64,000 bases of DNA from Vulcanimicrobiota bacterium (GCA_963833095.1 CAWHWQ010000001.1:128001-192000); one strand, 5' to 3'; positions 21,307 to 33,078 are shown, counted from the first letter of the stretch. The notes: a model not told the origin generated them from the letters alone. Made by a program: numbers and translations.

Positions 21307-21665
21307 GAGAGCACCTTTTGAATGGTTTCGAGGATCTTGGGCGGCTGGAAGGGCTTGGTAATGAACGACTTCGCGCCGGCTTGAATCGCCTCGACGACTA
21401 GCGCCTGCTGGCCCATCGAGGTGCACATGATGATCTTGGCGTTGGGATCGTTGGCGACGATCTGCTTGACGGCGGTGATGCCGTCCATCTCGGGCATGAC
21501 CATGTCCATCGTCACGAGGTCGGGTTGGAGTTGCTTGTACTTCTCCACCGCCTCAACACCGTTCTGGGCCTCTCCAACGACTTCAAAGCCGTTCTTGGAA
21601 AGGATCCCTTTGATCATCATCCGCATGACGACGGCATCGTCGACGATGAGGACTCTCTTGCTCAT
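21303..21665 (-). CDS. cheY: Chemotaxis response regulator CheY
   Basis: VLIVDDA, PDLVTMDMVMPEMDG, FITKPF. Confidence 0.93.
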   Translation of the reverse strand: MSKRVLIVDDAVVMRMMIKGILSKNGFEVVGEAQNGVEAVEKYKQLQPDLVTMDMVMPEMDGITAVKQIVANDPNAKIIMCTSMGQQALVVEAIQAGAKSFITKPFQPPKILETIQKVLS

Positions 21666-21715
21666 CCAATGCTCCCAAGACGAAGTGCTAAAAACACGAT
21701 TCGATCCTTTGAACT

Positions 21716-21743
21716 CAATCGGCTAAAGGATAGGGGTACTTTA
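21716..21743 (-). promoter_or_regulatory. sigma28-type promoter of cheY-cheC-cheA-cheW
   Basis: TAAA-16 nt-GCCGATTG. Confidence 0.75.
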
Positions 21744-21751
21744 TAGATAGG

Positions 21752-22420
21752 TCAGGCCAATCCCCGGCTGCGCAGATCGGACTGGCGCCGGTTGATGAAG
21801 TCGATGATCGTCTGATCTTCATCCGGCCGCAGCCCCTGAAAGCGCAATCCATGCGAGAACTTCCCTGAGCTCTTGATCTTCTCGTGGCGCATGACTTCGC
21901 CAAGCAGGGTCATGGCGGGCGCCTCGGGCTTGAGCTTCATGCGGACCTCGACGGTGGTGTGGGGTTTGAGCTCCCGGTCGATGATGAGGGAACAACCGCC
22001 GCGACTGATGTCCCGGACCGTTGCCCGGGCGAACTCCCCGGTTCCGACACCCCCCGGCGCAAAGCGCCATTCCCCGGTCACGATGGCATCGAGGCGCACG
22101 CTCTGGCGCTTCTGCGCGCCGCTCGCGGCCGCGATGAGGATGAGCCGCCGCGGCGGATCGAACTGGGTGCTCGAAGAGTTCACCGACGCGATCTTGGTCT
22201 CCATCCGGAAACGCCCGGCTGCGGCGCTGTAGATGAGGATCGCCGTCTCGCCGACCCGGCCGAGTGCGTCGCGAGTCACCACGCCCTTGGCCCCGACCTG
22301 TTCCACGGTCACCGAGCGGGCTTGGCGTCCGCCGACAATAACCTCGACAAACGAGTGGAGCTGGGGCAATTTGCTCAGGGGAACGCCTCCCCCCCGGCCT
22401 CCGAAAATCGATTTGAACAT
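21752..22420 (-). CDS. PilZ-domain (YcgR-like flagellar brake) protein
   Basis: RQSVR (RxxxR) and DISRGG (DxSxxG). Confidence 0.88.
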   Translation of the reverse strand: MFKSIFGGRGGGVPLSKLPQLHSFVEVIVGGRQARSVTVEQVGAKGVVTRDALGRVGETAILIYSAAAGRFRMETKIASVNSSSTQFDPPRRLILIAAASGAQKRQSVRLDAIVTGEWRFAPGGVGTGEFARATVRDISRGGCSLIIDRELKPHTTVEVRMKLKPEAPAMTLLGEVMRHEKIKSSGKFSHGLRFQGLRPDEDQTIIDFINRRQSDLRSRGLA

Positions 22421-24546
22421 CAACTTTTTGCTTCCGCGGTTTCCTCGGTCGCGGTGATCTGGCCAATCGACTCAACCCGTAGCCCAGGCGCAATCTCCGA
22501 ATACGAGAGTACGACCAATTGTGGCGCCGCACGTTCGGTAAGCCTTTTGAGCGCCAAACGCACGGACGGCGAGCACAAAACGATCGGCTGCAAACCGGCA
22601 TTCTGTGCCACCGCGATCTGCCGCGTCAACGACGTGTAGATCCGTGACACGGTATTCGGGTCGAGCAACGCAAACGCATCCTCCCCGCGACGAACTGCTT
22701 CGGAAAGAAGCGATTCCAGACGCGGATCGACGGTGATAACCGACAACAGACCATTCTCAGCGTACTCAGCCGAAATGTGGCGCGCCAGTGCCGCACGGAC
22801 CTTTTCGGTGAGAAAGTCTATGTCTTTGCTCACCCGCGCGGCATCGGCCAGCGTTTCGAGAATCATCACGAGGTTACGAATCGGGATGCGCTCGCGTAGT
22901 AGATTTTGTAATACGCGCTGGACTTCGCCGACGGTAAGCAGCCCCGGCACCAGCTCGTCCACGACCACCGGGTAGTGCGATTTAATATTGTCCAGTAGTG
23001 CAGAAGTCTCTTGACGGCCCAGAAGATCCGGCGAATGCGCTTTGATCAATTCCGTTAGGTGCGTGGCGATCACACTGGTGGGATCGATAACCGTATAACC
23101 CGCCATCTCGGCCTCGCTGCGCGCATTCTCTGCAATCCACAGCGCCGGAAGCCCGAAGGCCGGCTCGGTCGTCGGGATGCCGTCGATCGGAGCGGTCGCG
23201 GTGCCCGGATTCATCGCCAGCAATCGGCTGACCATCACTTCGGCCTGCGCGACCTCCAGCCCATAGATCTTGACGAGGTAGCTGTTGGGACGCAACTGTA
23301 AATTGTCGCGCACGCGAATCGGTGGAACCGCGATACCCAAATCGCGCGCGGCATGCCGGCGAATGAGCGTAATGCGCTCGAGCAAGTCGCCGCCTTGATT
23401 GACGTCGACCAGCGGAATCAACCCGAAGCCGATTTCGAGCTCCATCGGATCGTACGAGAGCAGCGGCACGACGCTCTCGGCACCGGTCTTGGCTGCGGGT
23501 TGCGCGCCGGGCGCTCCAGGCTTCCCGCCGGCAGCGATCACCTTGCGCTCCGCGGCCGCTTCAGCCGCGCCTTCGCGGCGCGCGAAGTACACGATGAACA
23601 GGATTGCCGAAATGAGGAACATCAGCCAGCGCAGGAGACCGGCAAAACCAAAGAGACCCGTGATAATGGCGGTGATCAGTAGCGCGCGCGGCTGCGCGGT
23701 CAATTGCTTGGTGATATCGCTGCCGAAGTCGGTCTCAGCCGCAGCGCGGGTCACGATGATACCCGTCGCGGTCGAGATCAACAGCGCCGGTACTTGGGTG
23801 ACGATGCCTTCACCGACCGTCAGTAGCGTAAATTTCTGCAGCGACTCGATGATCGTGAGGTGTTGTTGCGCCACACCGACGATGAAGCCGCCGACGGTGT
23901 TGATGGCGACGATGATCACGGCGGCGATCGCGTCGCCGCGCACGAACTTGCTGGCACCGTCCATCGCGCCGTAGAAGTCCGCCGAGCGCTGGATGTCCTT
24001 GCGGCGCTGGCGCGCCTCGGCTTCGGTAATCAGCCCGGCGTTGAGGTCGGCGTCAATGGCAAGCTGCTTGCCGGGCATGGCGTCGAGGGTAAAACGAGCG
24101 GCGACTTCGGCCACGCGTCCGGCACCGTTGGTGATCACGACGAATTGGATGATGATCAAGATGAGGAAGATCACGAAACCGACGGCATAGTTGCCGCCGA
24201 CGACGATCTGTCCGAAGAAGTTGATCACTTCGCCGGCGTACCCGTGCAAGAGAATCGCGCGGGTCGCGGTGATGTTGAGCGACAGCCGGAAAAGCGTGAT
24301 GATCAGCAACATCGTCGGAAACGCCGAGAACGCGAGGGCGTTTTCGGTATAGAGTGCCGTCGAGATAATGACGAGCGCGATCGTGATGTTTGCGGAGAGG
24401 AGAATGTCGAGCAGCCACGCTGGGATCGGAACGATCATCAGCACGACGAGCATCACCGAGGCACCCGCGATCAGAATCGGGGTGAAGCTCGTAAGTCGCT
24501 GGACTAAACTTTGCTGGCCCGCGGCCGCCGGTGCTCGGGTAGCCAT
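22420..24546 (-). CDS. flhA: Flagellar export gate protein FlhA
   Basis: RVAEVAARFTLDAMPGKQLAIDADLNAG, FYGAMDGASKFVRGDA. Confidence 0.97.
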   Translation of the reverse strand: MATRAPAAAGQQSLVQRLTSFTPILIAGASVMLVVLMIVPIPAWLLDILLSANITIALVIISTALYTENALAFSAFPTMLLIITLFRLSLNITATRAILLHGYAGEVINFFGQIVVGGNYAVGFVIFLILIIIQFVVITNGAGRVAEVAARFTLDAMPGKQLAIDADLNAGLITEAEARQRRKDIQRSADFYGAMDGASKFVRGDAIAAVIIVAINTVGGFIVGVAQQHLTIIESLQKFTLLTVGEGIVTQVPALLISTATGIIVTRAAAETDFGSDITKQLTAQPRALLITAIITGLFGFAGLLRWLMFLISAILFIVYFARREGAAEAAAERKVIAAGGKPGAPGAQPAAKTGAESVVPLLSYDPMELEIGFGLIPLVDVNQGGDLLERITLIRRHAARDLGIAVPPIRVRDNLQLRPNSYLVKIYGLEVAQAEVMVSRLLAMNPGTATAPIDGIPTTEPAFGLPALWIAENARSEAEMAGYTVIDPTSVIATHLTELIKAHSPDLLGRQETSALLDNIKSHYPVVVDELVPGLLTVGEVQRVLQNLLRERIPIRNLVMILETLADAARVSKDIDFLTEKVRAALARHISAEYAENGLLSVITVDPRLESLLSEAVRRGEDAFALLDPNTVSRIYTSLTRQIAVAQNAGLQPIVLCSPSVRLALKRLTERAAPQLVVLSYSEIAPGLRVESIGQITATEETAEAKS

Positions 24547-25610
24547 CAGGCGATAATCTTTCTCTTGAGCTTATAGATGAACGCGATGACTTGCGCGACT
24601 GCGGCATACAGGTTCGGCGGAATCGGATGGTCGAGTTCGACGCGCTCGTAGAGCGTGCGAGCCAGGGGCGGGTTCTCCATGATCGGGACGCCGTGCTCCT
24701 TCGCGATGTCGCGAATCCGCTTGGCTAAGAGATCCGCGCCTTTTGCCACGACGACCGGAGCGTCCATCTTGACTTCATCCCACTCGAGTGCCACGGCAAA
24801 GTGGGTAGGATTGGTCACAACCACGGTTGCGCGCGGTACGGCGTGCATCATCCGGCGGCGAGCGAATTCGCGCTGACGTTTTTTGAGCGCGGCTTTGGCC
24901 TCGGGGTTTCCTTCAGATTGCTTCCACTCGTCTTTGACCTCTTGTTTGCTCATCTTCATGTTTTGTTCGAGCTGCCAGCGCTCGTACGCGTAGTCCAAGA
25001 GACCGACGATGAGGAGAAACAGCCCGAACTTCCAAGCGATGCTAAAGATGACGTCGAACGTTAGCCCAATCACGCCGGCAGGACTGCTCTGGCCGACTTT
25101 GGCGAAGACGCCCATGTCGCCGGAGATCGTCGTATAAATGATGATGACCACGGCGGACAGCTTAAGCAGCTGTTTGGAGAGATTGACCAAAATGCGTTTT
25201 GAAAAGACGTTCTTAAAGCCGTTGATCGGATTGACTTTGCTGAACGACCATTTGAATGGAACCGTCGTGAGCACGAATCCGAACTGCAGCAGGTTCGCGC
25301 CGACGCCCGCAACCACCGCGATCCCGAAGACGATGAGCACGACCCAGCCGATGCCCGCGCCTGCTTGCACGAACATTGGGTATATCGTTTGGTAGGTCGG
25401 GTCGCCGTGATCCGCGATGCGTGACAAATACGCCGTTGCTGAACCTTGAAGTCCATTCAGCATCGGCACAAAGAGTGCGTGTAAGGTCAACACTACCGAC
25501 AGAAAGATTACGGCGCCGGCAAGGTCTACGCTGCGTGGGACCTGACCGCGTTCGCGTGCTTCCTGGCGGCGCTTTGGGGTGGCTTTTTCGGTTTGTTCCG
25601 GCCTAGCCAT
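24546..25610 (-). CDS. flhB: Flagellar export protein FlhB
   Basis: TEKATPKR, MSKQEVKDE, NPTH autocleavage motif. Confidence 0.97.
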   Translation of the reverse strand: MARPEQTEKATPKRRQEARERGQVPRSVDLAGAVIFLSVVLTLHALFVPMLNGLQGSATAYLSRIADHGDPTYQTIYPMFVQAGAGIGWVVLIVFGIAVVAGVGANLLQFGFVLTTVPFKWSFSKVNPINGFKNVFSKRILVNLSKQLLKLSAVVIIIYTTISGDMGVFAKVGQSSPAGVIGLTFDVIFSIAWKFGLFLLIVGLLDYAYERWQLEQNMKMSKQEVKDEWKQSEGNPEAKAALKKRQREFARRRMMHAVPRATVVVTNPTHFAVALEWDEVKMDAPVVVAKGADLLAKRIRDIAKEHGVPIMENPPLARTLYERVELDHPIPPNLYAAVAQVIAFIYKLKRKIIA

Positions 25611-25640
25611 CGCTATAGCTCGCGAGCATGCTCATAGAAG

Positions 25641-25667
25641 TTTTCGGCGAGCCTGCGCCCATCCTGA
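25641..25667 (-). promoter_or_regulatory. Possible sigma28-type promoter of flhB
   Basis: TCAG-15 nt-GCCGAAAA. Confidence 0.4.
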
Positions 25668-25777
25668 GGACGCTTGCTTGCTGCCGGATCACAGCTTCCA
25701 GCAAGCTAAGCGGGAAGGCGAGGGCGGCCTGCCAATAAGGGAGGCTGACCCAAAACGATCATCCGTAGGAGAGAAAC

Positions 25778-26809
25778 TTGAAACATACGCTGGTCTTGGC
25801 CGGCGCGGTGGCTGCCGCGTTCGCGCTGGGCGGCTGCGGCCATACCACCCCCATCACGTCCGGGACGGCGACACCGAGCCCGACGTACTCCCCCAACGTG
25901 AGCAGCGAATACCCCATTCCTACGGCAAACTCCCAACCTGCGGGAATCGTCCGGACTCAGACCGCCCTGTGGTTCACCGAGGAAGCCGCGAACAAGATCG
26001 GTATCCTGAACCAGACCGCTACGATCACCGACTATCCGCTCCCGAACCCTGGTTCCAAGCCGCTTAGCCTAACCGTGGGTCAGGATGGAAATTTGTGGCT
26101 GACCGAATTCGGCGGTGGCCGTATCGCAAAGTTCAACGTGGGGACCCTGGGCTTCACCGAATGCACCCTGCCGCCGCAGACCGGCGCGACGCCGACCCCC
26201 TTCGGGATCGCAGCCGGGCAAGATGGGAACCTGTGGGTTACCGACCCGGCCAGTAACGGTATTTGGGTTATCCAACCTGGATGCGGCATGTACGCCTTCT
26301 ATCCGATCGCAACTCCCAACGCCGACCCGCAAGCCATTACGGTTGGCCCCGACACCGCGCTCTGGTTCGTGGAAGCGGGCGTCGATAAGATCGGGAGAAT
26401 CCCGATTGGCGCGGCGTCCGGCACGGCACCGGCTGAGTACCCGGTGAGCGCCGGCGCAGGTCTCGGAGTGATCGTCTCCGGCGCCGACAACGCCCTGTGG
26501 TTCACCGAAACCAGAAGCGACAAGCTTGGCCGCATGTTGACCACGGGCGTGCTCGCATCCGAGACGTCTCTCACCGGCGTGGGTTCACCCTACGGCCTCG
26601 TTCTCGGACCCGATGGCAATTTCTACATCGGCGATCAGACCAAGAGCGCGATCGTGCAGTACATCACCTCGACCGGAGCGATCAACAGCTATCCTACGAA
26701 GACGGCGAATTCGGGGCCGTTCTGGCTAACGATCGGACCCGATAACGAAGTCTACTTCACCGAGCAGACAGCGAATCAGATTGGGCAGTTCCTCTACTTC
26801 AATCCGTAG
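25778..26809 (+). CDS. Vgb (virginiamycin B lyase)-like beta-propeller lipoprotein
   Basis: Lipobox LGGC; repeated GPD/GQDGNLW(F/L)TE...(K/R)IG blades. Confidence 0.85.
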   Translation: MKHTLVLAGAVAAAFALGGCGHTTPITSGTATPSPTYSPNVSSEYPIPTANSQPAGIVRTQTALWFTEEAANKIGILNQTATITDYPLPNPGSKPLSLTVGQDGNLWLTEFGGGRIAKFNVGTLGFTECTLPPQTGATPTPFGIAAGQDGNLWVTDPASNGIWVIQPGCGMYAFYPIATPNADPQAITVGPDTALWFVEAGVDKIGRIPIGAASGTAPAEYPVSAGAGLGVIVSGADNALWFTETRSDKLGRMLTTGVLASETSLTGVGSPYGLVLGPDGNFYIGDQTKSAIVQYITSTGAINSYPTKTANSGPFWLTIGPDNEVYFTEQTANQIGQFLYFNP

Positions 26810-26916
26810 CCCACGGTCTTCGCATCCTCGACCTCCGTTACGTCTCTCAGCCTAAAGCGCTAGGATCGTAGCGAGTGCGGTTGTCACATCGACAACGCAT
26901 CATCGCGCGGCGAGCG

Positions 26917-27705
26917 CTATGGGGGCTTGAGGCCCCGCATTACCGTGTCCATCTGTCCGGAGACGTCTTGAAAGACTTCCGGGCCGACGGTCGCGAGCAG
27001 CGGTAACGCGATGATCATCATCGTGAAACCCACCGCGACCTGAATCGGCAGCCCGATCACAAAGACGTTCATCTGCGGCGCAACACGGGCCATCAGCGCG
27101 AGCGCGACGTTGGTAAGGAAGAGCGCGACCACGACCGGCGCTGAAATCTTGAAGACAATCAAGAGCGATTGGCAAAAAACGAGACGCCAGATTGGCCATC
27201 GACGCTCGGATCGAGATGGATGAACGGTAACGGCACCAAGTTGAACGAACCCGCGACTCCTTCGATGAAGAGATAATGCGAGTTGGTGATGAGAAAAATC
27301 AGCGTTGCGATCGCGAGCTGGAGTTCGCCGATGATCGTGATGTTCTGTTGGGTCTGCGGGTTGAGTACGTTGGCGACCGCAAAACCGATCTGAAGATCGA
27401 TCAGTTCGCCCGCAAACTGAATCGCCGACGAACACGAGCGACGCGACATACCCCACGATCACGCCGAGCACGCACCTGCGCGATGCCCGCAACGCGCAGT
27501 TCGAACACGCCGTCGTCAAATTGGAACGGCGGAACGACGTGAAAGATGATGAACGAGATGAGCGCGCCCAACCCTAGCCGCACGTGATGCGGAATCTGGG
27601 CCGAGGAAAATATCGGGAACAGCATCAGCATCTGAGCGACCCGGAGGAGGATCAGCAGGAACTCTTCGAACTGCTGTGCGGTGTAAGCCCAAAGAGATCG
27701 GTCAC
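26917..27705 (-). CDS. fliR: Flagellar export protein FliR (frameshifted)
   Basis: FAGELIDLQIGF, ARVAPQMNVFVIGLP. Confidence 0.92.
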
Positions 27706-27713
27706 CGGGCGCC

Positions 27714-27988
27714 TCACTTAATAGAATGTGCGGAGGCCGGTAGAAGATGCGGGCGGTGAAGTCGGTCAGCATCGCGAGCATGAACGGCGCCGAAAAACAG
27801 CAACGCGAGCGCTGAGACGACGATCTTCGGGATAAAGGCCAGCGTCGGCTCCTGGATCTGCGTGACGGCCTGAAAGAGCGAGATCATCAATCCGACGACC
27901 ATGCTCAGCAGCAGGACCGGCGCGGCCGACCAGCAGCGCCACGAAGATCGCCTCGCGGCCGAGACCGAGATGCGTCCGCGAAGCTCAT
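27714..27988 (-). CDS. fliQ: Flagellar export protein FliQ (frameshifted)
   Basis: [24 protein letters not shown]. Confidence 0.92.
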
Positions 27989-28831
27989 GGGTTGCCGAAG
28001 CTCTGGAAGAGCGCGCGACGGTGAGATTCCAGCCGTCGACGAGGATGAAGATCAGGATCTTAAACGGAAGCGAAATGAGGATCGGCGGGATCATCATCAT
28101 GCCCATCGAGAGCAGGATGCTCGCCGTCACCATATCGATGACGATGAACGGGACGTAGATCGCGAAGCCGATCTCGAAGGCCGTCTTCAGCTCGGAGATG
28201 ACGAACGCCGGAATGAGGATGATACGTCGGAACGTCCTTTTGCTCGGCCGGCCGCGGCTCTTTGGAGATCGAGTAGAACAGCTGCAGATGTCTTTCTCGC
28301 GCGTCTGCCGGAACATGAACTTGCGCAGCGGCTGCGTGCGCCGCGATCGAGCGCGACGGGCTGGCTGATCTGATCTTCTTCAGATACGGCTGGACGGCGT
28401 TGGCGTTGACGTCCTTGATCACCGGGCGCCATCACGAAGAACGTCAGCAGCAGCGCGAGGCCGCTCGAGCACCTGGTTGGGCGGCGATCTGCTGCGTGCC
28501 GATCGCCGTGCGCACGAACGAGAGCACGACGATGATGCGCGTGAACGAGGTCACCATCACGAGCAGCGTCGGCGCGATGCGAGAGCACGGTGAGCAGCAG
28601 CATGATCTGCAGCGCGCCGACGACGTCGTGCGGCGACTGTCGCTTGCCCGACGCCGATGTTGATGTTCGGAATCGGAATCGTCGGCGCGGTGGGCCGGTC
28701 GGCGGCGTCTGCGCGAACGCCAGCGACGGCAGCACCAAACAGCGCGACGAACGATCACGGCGCCGGCGATCAGGAACGAGGCCGTGCCGCTGCCACAGCA
28801 GTGCCCGGCCAGAATGCGCAGTACGGTTCAT
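27985..28831 (-). CDS. fliP: Flagellar export protein FliP (frameshifted)
   Basis: [47 protein letters not shown]. Confidence 0.92.
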
Positions 28832-29192
28832 AGCCGCGAAGCGCATCGTCACCATATCCGCAAGCGTTGCCGCTCGGCTTTACCGAGCGTCTCGCGCTGC
28901 GCCTCGAGCCACGGCGTCGACTTCGTCGGCCGGCAGTTCGGCCAGCAGCGAGAGCGTGCCGTTGTTGCCGCCGCCGACGAGCAGGTAGCGCTTCGCCGAC
29001 TTTGACGACGTGGACCGCGACGTGCTGCGCGAGCACCGTCGACTCGAGCACGGTCACCATCCGCTTGCTCGGCCGAGGCGAAGATGCGGCCGCGCGAAAG
29101 GCCGCGCACGACGCACCCAGAGGCCGCCGAGCAGCATGAGCGCGACGACGCAGAGCGCGAAAAAGTAGTTGAGCCAGAAGCCCGCCGGACAT
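28830..29192 (-). CDS. fliO: FliO/FliZ family protein (frameshifted)
   Basis: N-terminal TM, VLESTVLAQHVAVHVVKVG; between fliN/Y and fliP. Confidence 0.75.
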
Positions 29193-29205
29193 TCACGGCG
29201 CGGCG

Positions 29206-30116
29206 CTAGCCGACCTGCGGATTGAGCTCGCTGATCTTCACCGCGTACTTGTCGTCGACGACGACGACCTCGCCGCGAGCGATCAAGATGTTGTTGACGT
29301 ACAGATCGATCGGTTCGGCCGCAAGCTTGTCGAGCTCGAAGACGCTGCCCGATTGCAGCGAGACGACCTCGCGCAGCGGCATGACGGTCTTGCCGAGCAC
29401 CGCGCTGATCTGCAGCGGCACGTCGTGAACCAGGTCGAGATTCGCCTGGCCGGGTTGCGCGGCGCGCACCGGGGTCGGCTGCATCGGCGTGTAGGCGACG
29501 TTCTGCGCGTCCGGGCGCGCGGCGCCGGGCGTTTCGACGCCGGTCCCGCTGCGGCGGGTTCGGCTTCGGCGCGTCTTGGCGGCTGCGCTGGCATTCGACC
29601 TTATCGATGCCGAGCTTCGAGAGCGTGATCGCCGCGAAGTCGATGCTGACGCGCGGGTGCAGGTCGCTCGCCGACTTGAATCTTGCCGTCGTACGACTCG
29701 AACGGCGGCGGCGGAAGCAGCGTCGGCGTCGGTGCAGAGTTCGGCGCGGACGCCGCTCGGCCGAAATGCCGAGTTCGCTGCGCCAGTTGCTTCGACCATC
29801 GCCGTCGCGATCTGCGAGACCGTTTCCGAAGCGATCGAAAGCTGCATCGGCCCCATCTCGGCCAAATCGTCGCCTCCGCCCAGCATCACGCCGACGATTG
29901 CCTGCATGTCGGCCGTCGGAAAGCGGACGACGAGCTTGTGCGCCGAGCGACGGAATGATCGCTAGCGAAACGAGTTCGTCGCCGTCGGTGCGGATCGAGC
30001 CTTCGTGATCGTTGCGCGTCGAGGCCCGCGCGGCTCGCCGGCTGCTCCACCAGCCGGCCGAGGACCGTGCCGGCCGCGGCCAGCATCGAGTCGGCAAGCT
30101 GTTGTATATCGGGCAT
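29206..30116 (-). CDS. fliN: Motor switch FliN/FliY-type protein (frameshifted)
   Basis: NLDLVHDVPLQISAVLG...IARGEVVVVDDKYAVKI with extended N-terminal region. Confidence 0.85.
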
Positions 30117-31123
30117 TACGCTATCTCCGTCCTCGTCTCGTATTCGAACGTGTGACTACTTGACACCGTCAACTGATCTTTGTTGAGGCCCGGGAACACG
30201 CGGAACTTCTCGCTTTCGTTGACCTTGGCCAGCAGCGGCTCGTTGGTCGGTTTATCGAAGACGACCACGTCGCCTTCCTGCAGCGCGACCAGATCGCGCA
30301 GCGAGACCATCGTCCGGCCCAGCTCGACTTCGATCTCGACCCCGGCGCGCTCGACGTTTCGCGTCAATTGCGGATATCTTCTTCGGTCATGCCGCGGCCG
30401 GCGATGACCGTCGGCGACCACTGGAAATCGGTGAGCTGCTGCCCGATCGACTGCAGCACGAGATAGGGAAGGCAGAAGTTCATCACGCCGGCCATGTCGC
30501 CGATCTTGAGCTCCATCGAGATGTAGGCGACGATTTGGTCGAGCGGGATGATGCGCGGAATGAACTGCGGGTTCGAATCGAGCGCTTCGATCTTCAGCGA
30601 GAGCGTCAGCAGGTAGTTCCACGACTCGCGATAGCTGTTGAGCATGCGCGCCATGAAGCGCTGCATCAGCGTCCGCTCGATGTCGGTCAGGTCGCGCAGC
30701 TTGTTCGGGAACCAGCCCGGGCCGCCGAGCAGGCGGTCGATGATCGAGAAGACCAGGTTGAGGTCGACCTGCACGATGCCGCTGCCGGGCAGCGGGTCCA
30801 TCGAGAAGATCGCCAAGGATCGACGGGATGCCGATCGAGGCGATGAAGTCGCCGTAACTGATCTGCTCGATCGAGACGATCGTCGCCTCGACGCGCGTCC
30901 GCAGGTAAACCGAGAGCGAGTTGTTCAGCAGGCGGGTGAAGTTCTCGTGCAGCGTGCGCAGCGTCTGCAGCTGGTTGTTGGTGAACTTATCGAGCCGCTT
31001 GTTGAAAGCGGAAATCGAACGACTTGACCCTGCGTCCGTCGATCGCTTCTTTGCCGGCGCTTACCTTCGGCCGGAGAGTTGATTGATGAGCGCATCGATT
31101 TCTTCTTGTGAAAGGCTCGACAC
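30116..31123 (-). CDS. fliM: Motor switch protein FliM (frameshifted)
   Basis: LSQEEIDALI, IIDRLLGGPG, LTDIE, NFCLPY. Confidence 0.93.
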
Positions 31124-31920
31124 TGCGTTCTCGCTCGGACCTTTCCCGGCGTTGCCCGGTGCTACGCTACCGTTCAGCAGCACGATATCGACGCGGCGGT
31201 TCTGCTGGCGGTCTCGTCCGTGTCGTTCGGCTTGCGCGGCCGGAACTCTCCATAGCCGGCCGCCGAAACGCGCGTTGGGTCGAGGCCGTCGTGCTCCACC
31301 AGGTACCGCACGACGCCGACCGCTCGCGGCCTCGAGAGTTCCCAGTTGGTCGGGTACTCGGTACGTCGAGATCGGCACGTTGTCGGTGTTGCCCTCGACG
31401 CGAATCAGTTGCTTGTTCTTCTTGAGCAGCTGCGTCGATGCCGTCGAGAATCGTTAGCGTCGTCCGGGCGCAGCTCGGCGCTGCCGCTGTCGTAGAACGA
31501 CTTGTCGGACAGCAGCGTGATCACCAGCCCGCGCGCTGATCCGATGTGCACCTGAACTTGCTTCTGCGAGGTGATTCTCTTTGAACGTACTTCTCGCAGC
31601 TGCTTTCTGGATCGCCGGCACGCTGAACTGGCATCGAAGGATTGGCTCGTCGTTCGTGCCGCCGTTGGGCGGCTGGTTGACCGTCCACGAGTTGTTGAAG
31701 CCCGCCGAAACGAGACTTCGCGAACTGCCTGCACCTTCACGCGGCTGATCGTCGACATCGCGAAGAGGATGATGAACAGCGCCAACATGAGCGTGATCAT
31801 GTCGGCGTACGTCAGCAGCCAGCGCATCATGCCGGCCGTCTCGAGGTCTGTTCCTTCTGACGGCTTGCGCGAACGTTCGATTCGGCGGCCCGCGCCGCGC
31901 GTCTTGACCGGTTGGGCCAT
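31124..31920 (-). CDS. motB: Stator protein MotB (frameshifted)
   Basis: WLLTYADMITLMLALFIILFAMS, OmpA-like QQNRRVDIV. Confidence 0.92.
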
Positions 31921-31926
31921 CAGTGG

Positions 31927-32788
31927 CTACGCGCGCGCTTCCATTATGCCGCCGACGCGGAGAAGCCGGCTTCGCCGGCGACGTGTCCGCCCTCTTCGAT
32001 GTCGCGTCTCGCGCTCGCGCGGATCGAGGAAGGCGAGCAGCTTCTCTTCGAGCAGACGCGGGTTGTCGCCGGCCTGGATCGCGAGGATGCCTTCGATCAT
32101 GATCTCGCGCATCAGCAGCAGCTGACCGTTGCGCTCTTTGATCTTCGTGGCGATCGGCAGCCAGAGCAAGTTGGCAAACATGATACCGAAGAACGTCGCG
32201 ACGAACGCCTGCGCGGTCGCAACGCCGATCGTGCCGGCGACGTTGGTGCTGTTGCCCATCGTCCGAGAGGCCCTTGAGCATGCCGATCAGGCCGAGCACG
32301 GTACCGATGATGCCCAGGGTCGGCGAGAAGCCGCCCAAATTCATGAAGACTGCTTCGGCCTTGGCGCTGTGTCTCTTGCGTGTTGCTGACTTCGGTCTCG
32401 AGAACTTTGCGGATGATTCGGTGTCGCGGCCGTCGATGACGAGCTGGATGCCTTTGCGCATGAACTCGTCGTCGAGCGCCGCGGCCTCGTTCTCGAGGGC
32501 GAGCAAACCTTCGCGGCGCGCCTTTTCGGCGAACGAGACCAGGGTCGAGATGATGTCGCGCTCGTGATAGTCGACCTCGACGAACGCGGTCTTGAAGCCA
32601 CCGAAGAACCCGCGCATGAAGATGCGCATCGGGAACGAGGTCAGCGTCGCGCCGAGCGTTCCGCCGAGGATCAGGATGAACGCTTCGCAGCGCCCGAAGA
32701 TGATGCTCGGGTCGGTTCCGCCGACGTACCCGGCAAAGAAGATGGCTCCAAAGCCGAAGAGTAGGCCAATAATAGTCGCAAAATCCAA
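31927..32788 (-). CDS. motA: Stator protein MotA (frameshifted)
   Basis: ARREGLLALE, PTLGIIGTVLGLI, ATFFGI, AIQAGDNP. Confidence 0.94.
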
Positions 32789-32883
32789 CGATCGATCTCC
32801 GCAGGGTGAAGTCGCTCCTTTAGGGTATCGGCCAGGGGGCCAATCCCAATATGAAGTTTTCGTACAGGGCTACGCGGGCCGAT

Positions 32884-33078
32884 TTAGCCCTCCCTGGCCC
32901 GTAGATTCGCCGTCTTGAAGGCCATGATCTTGCTGCTGAATCGTCGGCATCGGTCCCGAACGATCAGCTTGTTGCCCGAGGTCAGGGTCACGACCGTATC
33001 GGGGGTCTCCTCGATCGACTCGATGAGGTCGCTGTTGACCATCACCGGATGGCCGTTAAGCCGCGTCAGTGCAATCAC
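32884..33078 (-). CDS. flbD: Flagellar FlbD family protein
   Basis: IALTRLNG, NSDLIESIEETPDTVVTL. Confidence 0.9.
   Translation of the reverse strand: MIALTRLNGHPVMVNSDLIESIEETPDTVVTLTSGNKLIVRDRCRRFSSKIMAFKTANLRAREG

Noticed and set aside
31061..31378. MotB-FliM fusion
   Set aside because: Lies in an indel-rich stretch and is topologically implausible (periplasmic OmpA-like domain joined to cytoplasmic FliM)
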